Of a stretch of DNA of 64,000 nucleotides, positions 47,872 through 58,121 are shown one piece after another. The position numbers and the translations under genes were made by a program. How positions within the stretch are numbered: position 1 is the stretch's first letter; each line of letters starts with the position of its first letter. The DNA comes from a virus (Duplodnaviria; Caudoviricetes): positions 1,073-65,072 of the IMG/VR virus record IMGVR_UViG_3300025759_000088, one strand, 5' to 3'. The notes beneath the pieces are model-generated. The model was not told where the DNA came from. It did not search any database and saw only the letters and a list, made by a program, of their open reading frames with translations.

Positions 47872-48923
47872 TAGTTATCGGTCCCTGAAAAACCAGAAGT
47901 ATCGAAGTTTCCCTCGCGACGAGTCCCGTTAGCATCTTGCAGAACAGAACTTCTTTGACTGTTACTGGTGGTCAATGTGGTCTGAGTATGACCGGGTTGA
48001 ATGTACCTGTTATTAGCCACATCCATATTAGTGGGCTTGTTATTGGACCCAAACCAATAATACATGGTCCCACTAACCACTTTTTTACCGATGCCAATAT
48101 CTCTAACGTCTCTGCTATATGCACCGACTTGACTGTTTTGATCTAAAGAACTTGTGTTCGTGTAATCAAAGCTGCTGCCAGAAAGAGGGAACATAGAGGA
48201 AATATCTAAACTACCCGCACCCGCATTGGAATAGTCCATTTCGTTATATGTCCATGACAACGTAAAGGTGTTGCCGCTACGAGTTAACTTTGAATTAAAC
48301 CCACTACCTCCGTAATCAGAATGATGAATGTCGCTGCCGGATGCCCCGCCAAATCCTCCAAGGTAGTTTATCTGAACTGACCCATCGCTTTGCAAAGCAG
48401 AAACAAACTCTGCACGAGTGCCTGCGGTAAATGTGCCGTTTCCAGTCACAACAATAGTTGTAGAGGTGTTGTTGTCCACGCCCTTTGACCCAACCGCATT
48501 AATGGTGCCGTTGTTGATAAGCTCCAAGTCACCACCGCCGTTAGATGGGTAGTCTAATGCTGAATCAAGCACTGCGCTCACACTGAGCGTAACACCGTTG
48601 TTGACGGTGACACGCTTTTTGTAGTTTCCCGCATAATCGTCGCCAAACACTGTGGCCGCACTTTGATCCGTCTGACTAGAAGAATAAACATACGCAAACG
48701 CACGTTCAGAACCGTAAAAGTTACTAAGGGTAATTGCGCCCGAAGCAGGGATGTTTGGTGCTAAATCTGTGCCACTGTTGTTAGAGGCTTTTGATCGAAC
48801 AATGGCATTGCCCCCGGCGGAGCCTTTATACAGACTTTGCAAATCAATAGAGCTATTACCGCCTACAAATTCAGCGCGGATATCATTAAGAGATATAGCT
48901 CCAGAACTTGGCAATGCGCTCAT
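47871..48923 (-). CDS. Tail-tip/adhesin-like protein
   Basis: LPSSGAISL.DI..EF and IP.SGAI.LS.FYG N-terminal module; variable C-terminus. Confidence 0.55.
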   Translation of the reverse strand: MSALPSSGAISLNDIRAEFVGGNSSIDLQSLYKGSAGGNAIVRSKASNNSGTDLAPNIPASGAITLSNFYGSERAFAYVYSSSQTDQSAATVFGDDYAGNYKKRVTVNNGVTLSVSAVLDSALDYPSNGGGDLELINNGTINAVGSKGVDNNTSTTIVVTGNGTFTAGTRAEFVSALQSDGSVQINYLGGFGGASGSDIHHSDYGGSGFNSKLTRSGNTFTLSWTYNEMDYSNAGAGSLDISSMFPLSGSSFDYTNTSSLDQNSQVGAYSRDVRDIGIGKKVVSGTMYYWFGSNNKPTNMDVANNRYIQPGHTQTTLTTSNSQRSSVLQDANGTRREGNFDTSGFSGTDN

Positions 48924-49666
48924 TAGATAGATCCATATGCTGTCACGTTTCCGGTTACCTTTAAGTTTCCGCTTGTATCAAGCTCCATCTTTGCAGTGCC
49001 GGAGTAGCTGATAATCAACTTGTTTGACGAAACAGTAAACGTCCAGTCGTTAGATGAGTTGTCTAGAGTAAACTGGCCGCCCTGAACGGTGCCCGTGCTT
49101 GTGATGTTAGCCGAACCTGTACCAATCGCACCTGATGAAACCGCCCCAGTTACAGTAAGTGTACCGGTGGTATTGATGTTTCCAGTGCCAGTAATATTGT
49201 TGGAATTAAGATCAAGGTTGCCACCTAGTTGTGGAGAACTGTCCTCTACAACCTCACTAGGAAGAACCCTAACCTGTGCGCCAGCACCCGCACCATCAGC
49301 ATAAATCCACTTGGAAGTAGAAGCCGGAATAGTAACATTCCCGCCGGAACCCTGCGTAAATACAACACTTTGGTTTGTAGTGTTGTTTGCCAAATACATT
49401 TTGCTTTGGTCGTTAGGGCTGATTGTGATTGTGTTTGTGCCAGAGGGGGATCCGGCAAGTATTAAAACCTTGTAGTGACCATCTGACAAAGAACCATCTG
49501 ACGTGCTTAACGTAGTGGTTGTGCCTGTCAGCGTAAGTGTGCCGACGCCGTTAAGCACACGGTCAATAATGTCAAAGTTTGTGTTTGTGGTTGCGCCCCA
49601 AGTACCTGACTGTTCTCCGGTGCCGGGTTTTTCAATGCCACTGTTTACTGTATATGTGGAAGCCAT
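48923..49666 (-). CDS. Tail fibre/needle-like protein
   Basis: GEQSGTWG.TTNTN and DSSPQLGGNLD motifs. Confidence 0.6.
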   Translation of the reverse strand: MASTYTVNSGIEKPGTGEQSGTWGATTNTNFDIIDRVLNGVGTLTLTGTTTTLSTSDGSLSDGHYKVLILAGSPSGTNTITISPNDQSKMYLANNTTNQSVVFTQGSGGNVTIPASTSKWIYADGAGAGAQVRVLPSEVVEDSSPQLGGNLDLNSNNITGTGNINTTGTLTVTGAVSSGAIGTGSANITSTGTVQGGQFTLDNSSNDWTFTVSSNKLIISYSGTAKMELDTSGNLKVTGNVTAYGSI

Positions 49667-50380
49667 TTAAACCACCGTTTCTGTCCATGTATCTGTTGTA
49701 CCACCTGTAGAGATTTCTGTCCACGAGTCGCCGCTGTGTGTGATTGCTGCCCAATTCGGCGAACCGTCAGGATCTATACGCTCCCACAACAGCCCGCCGT
49801 CCGTGGTCATCACAAAAACAGCGATAATTTCTGCGGCACCGCTAAGAATAAGATTAGCCGTCGTCGTCTGATCAAACGCAAAGTCCATTGTGGCGCTGTC
49901 GGTTCTAACTCTGATGCCGACAGTCGTCTGATCAAACTGTGTGTTGATGTTTATAAGGCCGTGAGCGATCAGGCTTGCTGTGCTGACCTGTGTAAAGTTG
50001 AACGATTGCTCTGATATGCCGCTGACAACTGTTATGCCCGCACTACTTTGCGTAAAGTTGGCGTCAAGCGTAGACACACCAGAGCCAATAAATATACCGG
50101 CGGCGCTTTGCGTAAAGTCAAAGATGGAGCTTGCTGCTCCTGTTTGTATCCGTGTCCCTGTTGATGTTTGGGTAAAGTTGAATGACTTCACAACATCTGC
50201 GCTGGCGATCATTACCGCGTCAGTGTCTTGGGTAAAGTTAGCAGAGGCTTCCATGATGCCAGTCAACAGACCGGCGGCTGCGCTCACCTTGCTGAAGGTG
50301 CCGATCATACTGGAACTGCCGAAAGACAGGATACCCTGTGCGGCTATCGCCCTTTCAGATAATGCCAGTTCGCCGAACAT
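49667..50380 (-). CDS. Virion protein with ~20-aa FTQ repeats
   Basis: Repeated (N/D)FTQ/FDQ units. Confidence 0.6.
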   Translation of the reverse strand: MFGELALSERAIAAQGILSFGSSSMIGTFSKVSAAAGLLTGIMEASANFTQDTDAVMIASADVVKSFNFTQTSTGTRIQTGAASSIFDFTQSAAGIFIGSGVSTLDANFTQSSAGITVVSGISEQSFNFTQVSTASLIAHGLININTQFDQTTVGIRVRTDSATMDFAFDQTTTANLILSGAAEIIAVFVMTTDGGLLWERIDPDGSPNWAAITHSGDSWTEISTGGTTDTWTETVV

Positions 50381-50559
50381 CAGTCGGCGTCCGCGATGGT
50401 CAGTGTACCGGCGGCGACCTGTCGCATGATTTCGTCGTAGTGGCGGTTGCCGGGGGCAAGAGGTACAGAAATTGTTTCGCCGTCGATAACCGCATCAATG
50501 TGGTCATTGATATTGTTATGAAGAACATACTTTGCAGAAGTGACATTTATTTCATTCAT
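50380..50559 (-). CDS. Small tail-associated protein
   Basis: VPL.PGN.HY..I pattern; start moved to MNEINV. Confidence 0.55.
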   Translation of the reverse strand: MNEINVTSAKYVLHNNINDHIDAVIDGETISVPLAPGNRHYDEIMRQVAAGTLTIADAD

Positions 50560-50560
50560 A

Positions 50561-51682
50561 TTATAACTCCGCATCCACTTTAATACTGTTTGTTTGTATG
50601 CTGTATACTTGTGAAGCAGCATTAGAGGTTAGACCTCCATAACTACTACCCACAATACTACAGCTATGTCTGTTAATAGCAGATGCTGTGTTACTACCGG
50701 TGGTGCTTGGATAGTTGTTATTAGCAGCTATGAAAGTAATGTTGTTTGAACTTTGTCCTGCTGTTGGCAGAGTCACTGATGGAGCAGCCCTCATTTCTTT
50801 TAAAAATGGAAATGCAGCATAAGCATTATTGGCATTGTATGTTGCTCCCATCGCTATTACAGATGTATTAACGTAATCAAATTGTTGATAATACCTCTGG
50901 CACCTAGCTAATTCATCGCCAAACGACCGATGCTCGAAATCCGTCGCTGAGGAGCCGACCTCAAGCTGGATGCCGGTGATTTCCATAAAGTTGCTAGTTG
51001 ATGCAAACAGACTGCCTACACCCGCTGCACGATTGGCATTGTTTGCAGCCGCCCAGTCTGTACTAAGGGTGCCGCCGGAATAAGTAGAGCCAGCGTGTAG
51101 CCAAAAGTTTATCGTCAATTCAGCACTGTTGTCGTTGTCTATCTGCATATTGCTTGCAGACGCTGGCACAGAAAACTCAAACCGCTGCCAAGATGAAGAA
51201 GTTGTGAAAAGTTTAGCAACCTGACGATTTGTGCCATTGGATGTACGAGCCTCAACGCTAAACGCACGACTCTCGTTGGCTTTTGCATAAAAAGAAATAG
51301 TAAACGCTTTAGTTGAGGTCGATGTTTCCATCAGACTTTGTACGTCTTGACCTTCAAAAACATATTGAACAAGCATAGCTTCACTTGCGGCGATGCTAGT
51401 GTCGGCTGTTGTACATTGGAATTTAACAGCATTAGAAAACCCAGCAAGGTCTGTGACATCTGATTGTGTCATTGTAAACCGCCCCGCTGTAGCGGTAGAA
51501 CCCTTCGCCACTTTTATTCTGTCTACGGTGTGATAAGCATTTGACCCTGCACCTAAGTCTGTTGCTGACGTAGCCCTCTGCGCCACCTGCATCGCACCGT
51601 TGATGACAAGGTTCCTGCCTGTAATGCCACCGGCATCAGCCGAACCGGCGAGGTCTGCAAATTCACGCGCTCTACTCATCAC
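50561..51682 (-). CDS. Tail fibre protein
   Basis: RNLVINGAMQVAQR and QLEVG..AT.FEHRS.GDEL.RCQRYY modules. Confidence 0.75.
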   Translation of the reverse strand: MMSRAREFADLAGSADAGGITGRNLVINGAMQVAQRATSATDLGAGSNAYHTVDRIKVAKGSTATAGRFTMTQSDVTDLAGFSNAVKFQCTTADTSIAASEAMLVQYVFEGQDVQSLMETSTSTKAFTISFYAKANESRAFSVEARTSNGTNRQVAKLFTTSSSWQRFEFSVPASASNMQIDNDNSAELTINFWLHAGSTYSGGTLSTDWAAANNANRAAGVGSLFASTSNFMEITGIQLEVGSSATDFEHRSFGDELARCQRYYQQFDYVNTSVIAMGATYNANNAYAAFPFLKEMRAAPSVTLPTAGQSSNNITFIAANNNYPSTTGSNTASAINRHSCSIVGSSYGGLTSNAASQVYSIQTNSIKVDAEL

Positions 51683-52072
51683 TTACTCCGGTTTTGTCGG
51701 CCACGTTACATCGTCAAGGCTGGTCGCGCTGTCGGTGATGTCACGCAGCGCCTGACGATACGCTGTGCGCTCCGTACTCATGGTCAGATCCGAAGAGGCC
51801 CACCAGTCTGTCTCGGCGATACGGCGGTCACGCTCGGCACGAAGCAGCTTCATAGGCTCGGCGGCATCAAGCTCTGCCTTCTTTGCAGATACCGTGGTCC
51901 ACGATACACCCCAGTTATGTGGGTTGCTGGACTCGACAGCACTGCCATTGTCGTCCTCGCCAATAATCCGGCGAAACATGGCATTGAACTCATCCTCTGT
52001 GGTCGGTTCACCACGAAGCACCCACTGTTCGTCAGGGATTAGAGCTACGATTGCGTCTGCTACTGTTGCCAT
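51683..52072 (-). CDS. Tail fibre assembly chaperone
   Basis: LRAERDRRIAETDW..YRQALRDIT..WPTKP. Confidence 0.75.
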   Translation of the reverse strand: MATVADAIVALIPDEQWVLRGEPTTEDEFNAMFRRIIGEDDNGSAVESSNPHNWGVSWTTVSAKKAELDAAEPMKLLRAERDRRIAETDWWASSDLTMSTERTAYRQALRDITDSATSLDDVTWPTKPE

Positions 52073-52074
52073 GT

Positions 52075-52584
52075 CTAACCCATCAGTATCCCAGAAAAGT
52101 GGTTGTGGTCGCCGCCATAGTAATAAAGGCTTCCATTATCAGACGACATAAAAGCTGTATCATTAACTCTTAAATGACATATAACAGAGTAACTTGTTGT
52201 TCCTCCAGCTTGAGCGCCGGTATCATTTCCAGCAATTGGTCTAAATCCACTGGGGTGATTGCTTGAGTTGTTTACAAAAAGACAAGGTCTTGAACCACTC
52301 CCTGTGTTGTTCGTTAAAGAAGACCAAGTGAACAAATAAAACCCTTCAACGGGCGCGGTAAATTTGTATGTTGAAGTTGAGTAGTGACCGCCCACATTCT
52401 TGTATGCGGTGTTCGCCGGAAAGGGACTACCAGAAGAAACAGACAAATAATTACTATTACCTGTAGCAGCCGCCATAAATGCTGGTCTCGCCGGGGTCAA
52501 CACTCGGCCAGACGAGTCGATGGTCAGCGCACTGTTCCCGTTAGTCGGGTCTTGGATTTCGGAGACCTTCAGTATGCTGCTCAT
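52075..52584 (-). CDS. C1q-like receptor-binding protein
   Basis: RPAF..YKFTAPV.G.Y.F..FSG pattern. Confidence 0.65.
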   Translation of the reverse strand: MSSILKVSEIQDPTNGNSALTIDSSGRVLTPARPAFMAAATGNSNYLSVSSGSPFPANTAYKNVGGHYSTSTYKFTAPVEGFYLFTWSSLTNNTGSGSRPCLFVNNSSNHPSGFRPIAGNDTGAQAGGTTSYSVICHLRVNDTAFMSSDNGSLYYYGGDHNHFSGILMG

Positions 52585-53066
52585 TGGGCAATCTCCATCG
52601 CGGTCACATAGCTTGTTGAACCCGCAGCGCCGTTTACCTGTGCGTTAGTCCCATTGTACTTCGAAACTTGGATTTTGATTGTGACTGCTGACGTTGAAGC
52701 TGCCGTAACGTAAACTTGTCTGGACATGCGGATATAAAAGGTCTGGTCAACCACTGAATGCAAAAAGTCTATGGCGTTGGTCTGTGGATCAATATTACTG
52801 CCGTTGTAGTTTATAAGAGCTTGTCCGCTTGGTCGCTCTCCGCCGCCGCCTGTAAACTGAAAAGATGTGTCAGCCATAATCAGAATTTTATTGGTGGCGC
52901 TCGTGGGCGTGATAGTGAAGCTACTACCGCCAGCGTCTACAAACCCACCTGTCGTAGTTGTGTTTGTTGTGTAGCTGTGGTTCACAACCTGCACCACATG
53001 CCCCGGTATCTGCACCCCGTTGCCGCTGGTCTTCTCGTTGATGGTGTCTACGAATAGTGTACTCAT
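52581..53066 (-). CDS. Tail fibre tip-like protein
   Basis: GHVVQV..ITPTS..NKILI..MEIAQ. Confidence 0.6.
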   Translation of the reverse strand: MSTLFVDTINEKTSGNGVQIPGHVVQVVNHSYTTNTTTTGGFVDAGGSSFTITPTSATNKILIMADTSFQFTGGGGERPSGQALINYNGSNIDPQTNAIDFLHSVVDQTFYIRMSRQVYVTAASTSAVTIKIQVSKYNGTNAQVNGAAGSTSYVTAMEIAQ

Positions 53067-53069
53067 GTC

Positions 53070-53555
53070 TTAACCCGCCAAATGTCCGCTAAAATATGAA
53101 TACCCGGAGTTTGTGTGATGCGAAGTGCTACCAGTAGACACATAAACTTCATGTCCTGAATCACAATACAATGTCCAACTTCCCGATATGCCCAGATAGT
53201 TTTGCGCGTTCGTGTAGTTGCATCTACTACCAGCGACAACGACATCGTTTTGATAAAGAGTAAAACTTAATTCATTCGTGCCTTCTGTATACACTTGATT
53301 GCTGAACACATAAACGCCATCTACCGGCGCGGTAAATTTGTATGTTGTCGTTGAAAAATGCGCGCCCTGATTAAAGCATCCGGTGCTGGTCACATCATTA
53401 TATTTAATAATTCCAGTTTGACTATATTGGGTAGCGGCACGAGCAAAAAATGCTGGACGCTGCGGCATGATTACATAGCCGGAGGAGGCTACAGTCAGCC
53501 CATCCGTCGTGCTGCCTGTCGCCCTAATCTTGTCTACATTTATTATCGAAGCCAT
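53070..53555 (-). CDS. C1q-like receptor-binding protein
   Basis: Paralogue of 52075..52584. Confidence 0.65.
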   Translation of the reverse strand: MASIINVDKIRATGSTTDGLTVASSGYVIMPQRPAFFARAATQYSQTGIIKYNDVTSTGCFNQGAHFSTTTYKFTAPVDGVYVFSNQVYTEGTNELSFTLYQNDVVVAGSRCNYTNAQNYLGISGSWTLYCDSGHEVYVSTGSTSHHTNSGYSYFSGHLAG

Positions 53556-53562
53556 ACGCGCC

Positions 53563-54297
53563 TCACAGAATTGTCAGACTGCCACCGCTGGCAACCGTTA
53601 TTGTTACGCCATCAGCAATCGTCAGAGGACCGATGCCAAGGGCATTCTTTGTGGCGGCTATGGTGGTGTCCTCGCTGACCGTCTTGTCGTTGGTGCGGAA
53701 CGCCGCCGTGTCCACTAGGGTGTTCGTTGTCTGGAAGGACGGTGCGGTAATCTCACCGCTGAACGTGCCGCCAGACGCTTTGGATACTGTATCAGTAACA
53801 GTGAAAGCACGATAGGCGCGTATTACCAACTCATCATTAGTCGCGGCCCCGGTGCCAAGTGTGATTGTATTGCCGTTGCTTGCTGTGAAGTCTGAACTGT
53901 CCAGATGCACCCCGTTAAGGTAAACATCGACATCATCACCACTAAAAGCCAGTATCGCACCATTTGCATCTGCCCCCGTAAATGCCGTCTGGTTGTTGGT
54001 AGCTACATACTTGAACAACTGCATCGCGTAGCTGGTTGGCTGGTCAACAGCGCGACCAAAGAAGCGCACAGTGATTACATCGCCGTTAGCAGGGGCGGCA
54101 GAGAATGTCAGGGTGTTGCCCTGCGCCGTATACGCCTTGCTGGTTCCCGGCTCCTGCACGACGTTACCAATGGTGACAAGCAAAGCCTCTCCAGACACGA
54201 CGCTTTGCGCCAGCGTGAAGGCCGTCGCACTACCTGTCCCAGTAAAGGTCTGAAAGGTGATGTCACCTATATTTGGATCTACGCCTATGTAGGCCAC
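53563..54297 (-). CDS. Tail fibre protein (MAYIG-type N-terminus)
   Basis: Shares its N-terminal module with 55543..56709. Confidence 0.65.
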   Translation of the reverse strand: MAYIGVDPNIGDITFQTFTGTGSATAFTLAQSVVSGEALLVTIGNVVQEPGTSKAYTAQGNTLTFSAAPANGDVITVRFFGRAVDQPTSYAMQLFKYVATNNQTAFTGADANGAILAFSGDDVDVYLNGVHLDSSDFTASNGNTITLGTGAATNDELVIRAYRAFTVTDTVSKASGGTFSGEITAPSFQTTNTLVDTAAFRTNDKTVSEDTTIAATKNALGIGPLTIADGVTITVASGGSLTIL

Positions 54298-54298
54298 A

Positions 54299-54348
54299 TT
54301 TTATCTCCTATGGTTAAACTGTCCGACCCTCACCATCCGGTGGGGTTA
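54299..54348 (-). repeat. ~50-nt conserved intergenic element, copy 1
   Basis: TAACCCCACCGGATGGTGAGGGTCGGACAGTTTAACCATAGGAGATAAA on minus. Confidence 0.85.
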
Positions 54349-55203
54349 TCCTGTTATGTAAGTAGCGTTAAAAAGTAGGTAACGGTTAGTTCCGGGACTA
54401 TGCTGCAAGGGATACCAAGCATCGTTAGAACGATTTGCGTAGAAATACCATTCTGTGGCCCCATCACCTAGTCTGGCGAATAATCCACTACTCGCAGAAT
54501 CCCAAGTAGCCGCGCTGTAACTAGCAACACTCCCACTAACTTGTCGCACTGTTCCGCTGGGGTCAGAGGCTGCAAAGGGCATTCCAAAAACGCTAATCTG
54601 TCCAGCGTAGTTTGGAGAGCCAGTGGTGGTCACGTTATTAAATTCAAAGCTAACAGTGACCTTGTTGCCAACTTTTGTATATTGACCTGTAGTTTGCAGT
54701 CGTGATGAAGGGTGATTAGAGCCGCCATTCAGCGTTGCGGTGAACGTGCCTTCCTCATAATCATTCAGAGCATTCGCCGCCGCCGTGTCGCCGTTGAAGG
54801 TGAGGCCACCGCTCGACTTCATTCTAGCGATTTCTGCTGATGTAGACCCTGCATTTCTGGCCCGAAAAACTAGATCGCCATTGAAAGCCGACTGAAACTC
54901 ATTTGCCACTAGCCAGCCCGCTGCCTGATTGCTGCGAGTTTCAATCCGCAGCCCAGAGTAAGTGGCGCTGTCATTAGTATTCATAATCACCAAGCCAAGA
55001 TTGTTATCATCTTGCTGGACTAAATAATTCGTTGGGATGCTGCCGGTGCCACTTGGGTGGGTGTGCAGAAGGCACCGCGCATTTGAGGTTGCAGGGGTGG
55101 CTATACCAACTCTTTCAGAGCTATCAATCGTGATGGCAGTGGCATCTGAGTTATCATCAATGCCAGTGTTTAAACTGTCTCTTACGATTTTACTCAGTGC
55201 CAT
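54346..55203 (-). CDS. Tail fibre protein (DYEEGTF module)
   Basis: GIDDNSDATAI and ANALNDYEEGTFT..YTKVG motifs. Confidence 0.7.
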   Translation of the reverse strand: MALSKIVRDSLNTGIDDNSDATAITIDSSERVGIATPATSNARCLLHTHPSGTGSIPTNYLVQQDDNNLGLVIMNTNDSATYSGLRIETRSNQAAGWLVANEFQSAFNGDLVFRARNAGSTSAEIARMKSSGGLTFNGDTAAANALNDYEEGTFTATLNGGSNHPSSRLQTTGQYTKVGNKVTVSFEFNNVTTTGSPNYAGQISVFGMPFAASDPSGTVRQVSGSVASYSAATWDSASSGLFARLGDGATEWYFYANRSNDAWYPLQHSPGTNRYLLFNATYITG

Positions 55204-55214
55204 TACCTAGCTCC

Positions 55215-55493
55215 TTATACTTCCTGCGCGTCTATAGCGGCCTGATACGCAGTCTTCACAGCGTCGGACCAAACGGCGTTGCAAATGCCTTGCACCTCAG
55301 TGCTTTCGCCAGAGATGTCTGTGTCGCCCCAAGTGTCACCTGACTTGGTGCTGCATTGCAGAACATGCCGGTGAAAGTTGCGGCTAATCTCCACGCCGTC
55401 ACGCTTGATGACAGTGGCGGTGCGTACTTGCACAGCTTTGTAATCGCCGACGACTTCAATCTTGTCTTCTACTGTTTCTTCTGTAAGTGCCAT
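55215..55493 (-). CDS. Small tail-fibre-associated (chaperone-like) protein
   Basis: MALTEETVEDKIEVVG..FHRHV..ICNAVW; follows a DYEEGT fibre gene. Confidence 0.6.
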   Translation of the reverse strand: MALTEETVEDKIEVVGDYKAVQVRTATVIKRDGVEISRNFHRHVLQCSTKSGDTWGDTDISGESTEVQGICNAVWSDAVKTAYQAAIDAQEV

Positions 55494-55494
55494 T

Positions 55495-55542
55495 TTTATC
55501 TCCTACGGTTGGACTGTCCGACCCTCATCTCCGATGGGGTTA
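55495..55542 (-). repeat. ~50-nt conserved intergenic element, copy 2
   Basis: TAACCCCATCGGAGATGAGGGTCGGACAGTCCAACCGTAGGAGATAAA on minus. Confidence 0.85.
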
Positions 55543-56709
55543 TTACGTCATGTAAAAGCCATTAATATGAATATCGTTCAATTCCTGCAAATCACTGTCG
55601 TTACCCTTTAACGTGCCGCCATCAGACTTTTTGTAAAACAGCACATGCGTATCATTTTCCTGTATGAAAAGCGTCGGGCCACCTAGTTGAACATACCAGT
55701 TGTTGTTGTAAGTTATAAATGCACCGCCATAAGCAGCAGCAGATGTGTCTGAATTAAAAGGCAGACCGGATATTCTCACTTGATTGCCGTTTGTTGTTGC
55801 AGCACTTGCCCTAATGCTTATTTGAAAATAAACAAGACGCCCCACCTTAGTGTATTTTCCACCCCTAAATTGATAAGAAACGCTTGTCAAACCTTCTGTG
55901 TAAGCTGGCGTAAACGTGCCCTCCTCATAGTCACTCAGAGCATTTGCACTGCCGGTGCCGCCAAGATACAGGTTGCCGCCAAGATAAAGGTCTTTGAAGC
56001 GGTTGTTAGATGCGCCTAAATCACTAGTGCCGTCACTATCGCTTCCGTTTTCTCTTGGTGTGATTGCGCCGTTGGCAAAGCGAATGCCTTCGTGACCGCT
56101 TTCACCATCAATGTAAAAGCCGCTAGACTGTATGCCAATACTCCCCACCGTGGTGTTGTCTTTACGAGCCTCAATAATAGTGCCGTCACTTGATTTTCTG
56201 TTCACATAAAGGGCTGTTGCACCATCTTTTGTAAAACCAGCGGTAGCAGATGGACTTATCTGAAAGCCTATGTTGTCAAAGCTGGCAGAAGTTTTGCCCC
56301 CCGTCATAAACACGTTGTTGCTATCTATAATTACAGCGGTGGCACCCGCATTGTCGTCGATGCCGGGTGATGTAAATGCGCCGGTAAACGTACCCGTCGT
56401 CGCCGCCAGCGCAGAGTTAGCATCATGCTCTAGGCGCGGGTTGATAGTCGCCTCACCACGGTAGATGACATAGATGTTGCCGGTGCCCGAAGCAGGGGCT
56501 GCGCTGAACGTCAGCGTCGTACCGCTGGCAGTATACGCCTTGCCTGAACCCGGTTCCTGCTGGACGTTGTTGACAAACACCTCTAGGTCTTCGCTCACAT
56601 TGACGGACCTGTTCAGCGTAAACGCAGTCGCCGAACCAGTGCCGTTAAACGACTGACTCGTTGTCTGATTTACTATCGCTGTGTTTGGTGCCTTGCCAAT
56701 ATATGCCAT
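55543..56709 (-). CDS. Tail fibre protein (MAYIG and DYEEGTF modules)
   Basis: Mosaic of modules shared with both 53563..54297 and 54346..55203. Confidence 0.7.
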   Translation of the reverse strand: MAYIGKAPNTAIVNQTTSQSFNGTGSATAFTLNRSVNVSEDLEVFVNNVQQEPGSGKAYTASGTTLTFSAAPASGTGNIYVIYRGEATINPRLEHDANSALAATTGTFTGAFTSPGIDDNAGATAVIIDSNNVFMTGGKTSASFDNIGFQISPSATAGFTKDGATALYVNRKSSDGTIIEARKDNTTVGSIGIQSSGFYIDGESGHEGIRFANGAITPRENGSDSDGTSDLGASNNRFKDLYLGGNLYLGGTGSANALSDYEEGTFTPAYTEGLTSVSYQFRGGKYTKVGRLVYFQISIRASAATTNGNQVRISGLPFNSDTSAAAYGGAFITYNNNWYVQLGGPTLFIQENDTHVLFYKKSDGGTLKGNDSDLQELNDIHINGFYMT

Positions 56710-58121
56710 TAGCCAGCCTCCAGTGCTGCGATACGAGCCTTCGCTTCATCAAGTTCGGTTTTCAGTTCTTGGATTGCTTTGATGCACAGCGACACCATAT
56801 TTCCATATGCAAGCGCATCCGGCTCATCATCGTCGTTGTATTGAACAAACTCTGTCAAGCCAGCGTCGTGGACTTCTTCAGCAATCAAACCGCCGAATAC
56901 TGTGTCGCCATCGTTGTTACCTTTGTAGGTAATGGGACGAAGTGTAAGCAGTTCAGTGAGGCCGTGTGTGGCGTCGGTTATAGTGTTCTTGTAGCGGCGG
57001 GATGATGTGGAACGATGAATTACTCCTGCGGAGTTAACTTGCATATTTGCTGGATTACTTGTGGTGTCGTTGTAAATTTGCGGTACAAAAAGTGTTCCAT
57101 TGGCGTTTAGGTAAAGACGAGGATTACCATCTCCATCTGACAGCACGATATGGTTATAAGCAGCACTGATGTTTAGGCCGCCTTGATTGCCGTTGTATCG
57201 GCCAAGAATGGTGTTTCTATAACCAGTACTTACCCGTGACCCAGAGCCGTTGCCTATAAAGGTGTTTCTGTCGCCAGTGGTGCTACCACCAGCACCGCCG
57301 TAAGTTCCATCGGTACTGCCTACAAAAGTATTGAAACTTGCAGTTGTAGCTGAGGCACCAGAATCTGCTCCTACGTATGTATTATATTGGCCTGTGGTTG
57401 TGCCAATTCCTGAGTTATATCCCGCTGCAAAATTCTTGGTACCCGTAGTGTTGTTAATTAAAGCCGCATAACCTACCGCCGTATTGTTGGATGCGGTGGT
57501 GTTTGCAAAAAGAGAATTAACACCTACAGAAACATTATTTGCTCCCGTAGTATTTGAATACAGGGCTTGATAGCCATAGGCACTATTTGCGTCTGCTGTT
57601 GTATTGGTCGATAAAGCGTTGACACCAAAAGCGGAGTTGTTATCACCTGTTGTATTAGCATCAAGAGCAAGCGAACCCACAGACGTATTTGCTGCGCCGG
57701 TGGTATTAGCACTTAATCCAACATAACCCACTGCTGTGTTGTTAGATGCCGTAGTATTCGCTCGTAACGCATTTTTTCCAACAGCTACATTACTGCCCCC
57801 AGTAGTATTTCCACTCAAAGATTGCGAACCTACTGCGGTGCTATTATTACCAGAGGTGTTTGCATCAAGACTATTCCATCCGACAGCCACATTTTCTTGA
57901 CCGCCCTCGTTCTCACCAAGTGCAGCCTCTCCTACCGCCACGTTATAGCCACCAGACAAAGAGCCATCATCAAGTGCGCCATCCCCTAGAGCAGTGTTGT
58001 CTGTGCCTGTGGGAAATGCCCCATCTAACTTGATAGTGCCGCCGTCCGCGCTGACGTTACCGGAAACCGTTAGTGACGCCGCAGAATCAATTTGATTTGA
58101 ACCAACCTTACTAAGTGCCAT
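56709..58121 (-). CDS. Tail fibre with 14-aa N-x-A-V-G (YadA-head-like) repeats and C-terminal S74 autochaperone
   Basis: NTTG.NN.AVG repeats; SSRRYKNTI..GLIAEEV..IKAIQEL. Confidence 0.8.
   Translation of the reverse strand: MALSKVGSNQIDSAASLTVSGNVSADGGTIKLDGAFPTGTDNTALGDGALDDGSLSGGYNVAVGEAALGENEGGQENVAVGWNSLDANTSGNNSTAVGSQSLSGNTTGGSNVAVGKNALRANTTASNNTAVGYVGLSANTTGAANTSVGSLALDANTTGDNNSAFGVNALSTNTTADANSAYGYQALYSNTTGANNVSVGVNSLFANTTASNNTAVGYAALINNTTGTKNFAAGYNSGIGTTTGQYNTYVGADSGASATTASFNTFVGSTDGTYGGAGGSTTGDRNTFIGNGSGSRVSTGYRNTILGRYNGNQGGLNISAAYNHIVLSDGDGNPRLYLNANGTLFVPQIYNDTTSNPANMQVNSAGVIHRSTSSRRYKNTITDATHGLTELLTLRPITYKGNNDGDTVFGGLIAEEVHDAGLTEFVQYNDDDEPDALAYGNMVSLCIKAIQELKTELDEAKARIAALEAG

Noticed and set aside
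55494-55545. Readthrough or frameshift fusing the fibre to the downstream gene via the 50-nt repeat
   Set aside because: Tandem TAA TAA then TGA in the fibre frame, and a TAG in the downstream gene's frame before its ATG
50380-58121. Diversity-generating retroelement or invertase shufflon in the tail region
   Set aside because: No reverse transcriptase or recombinase ORF, no adenine-specific TR/VR pair seen, and all cassettes are co-oriented
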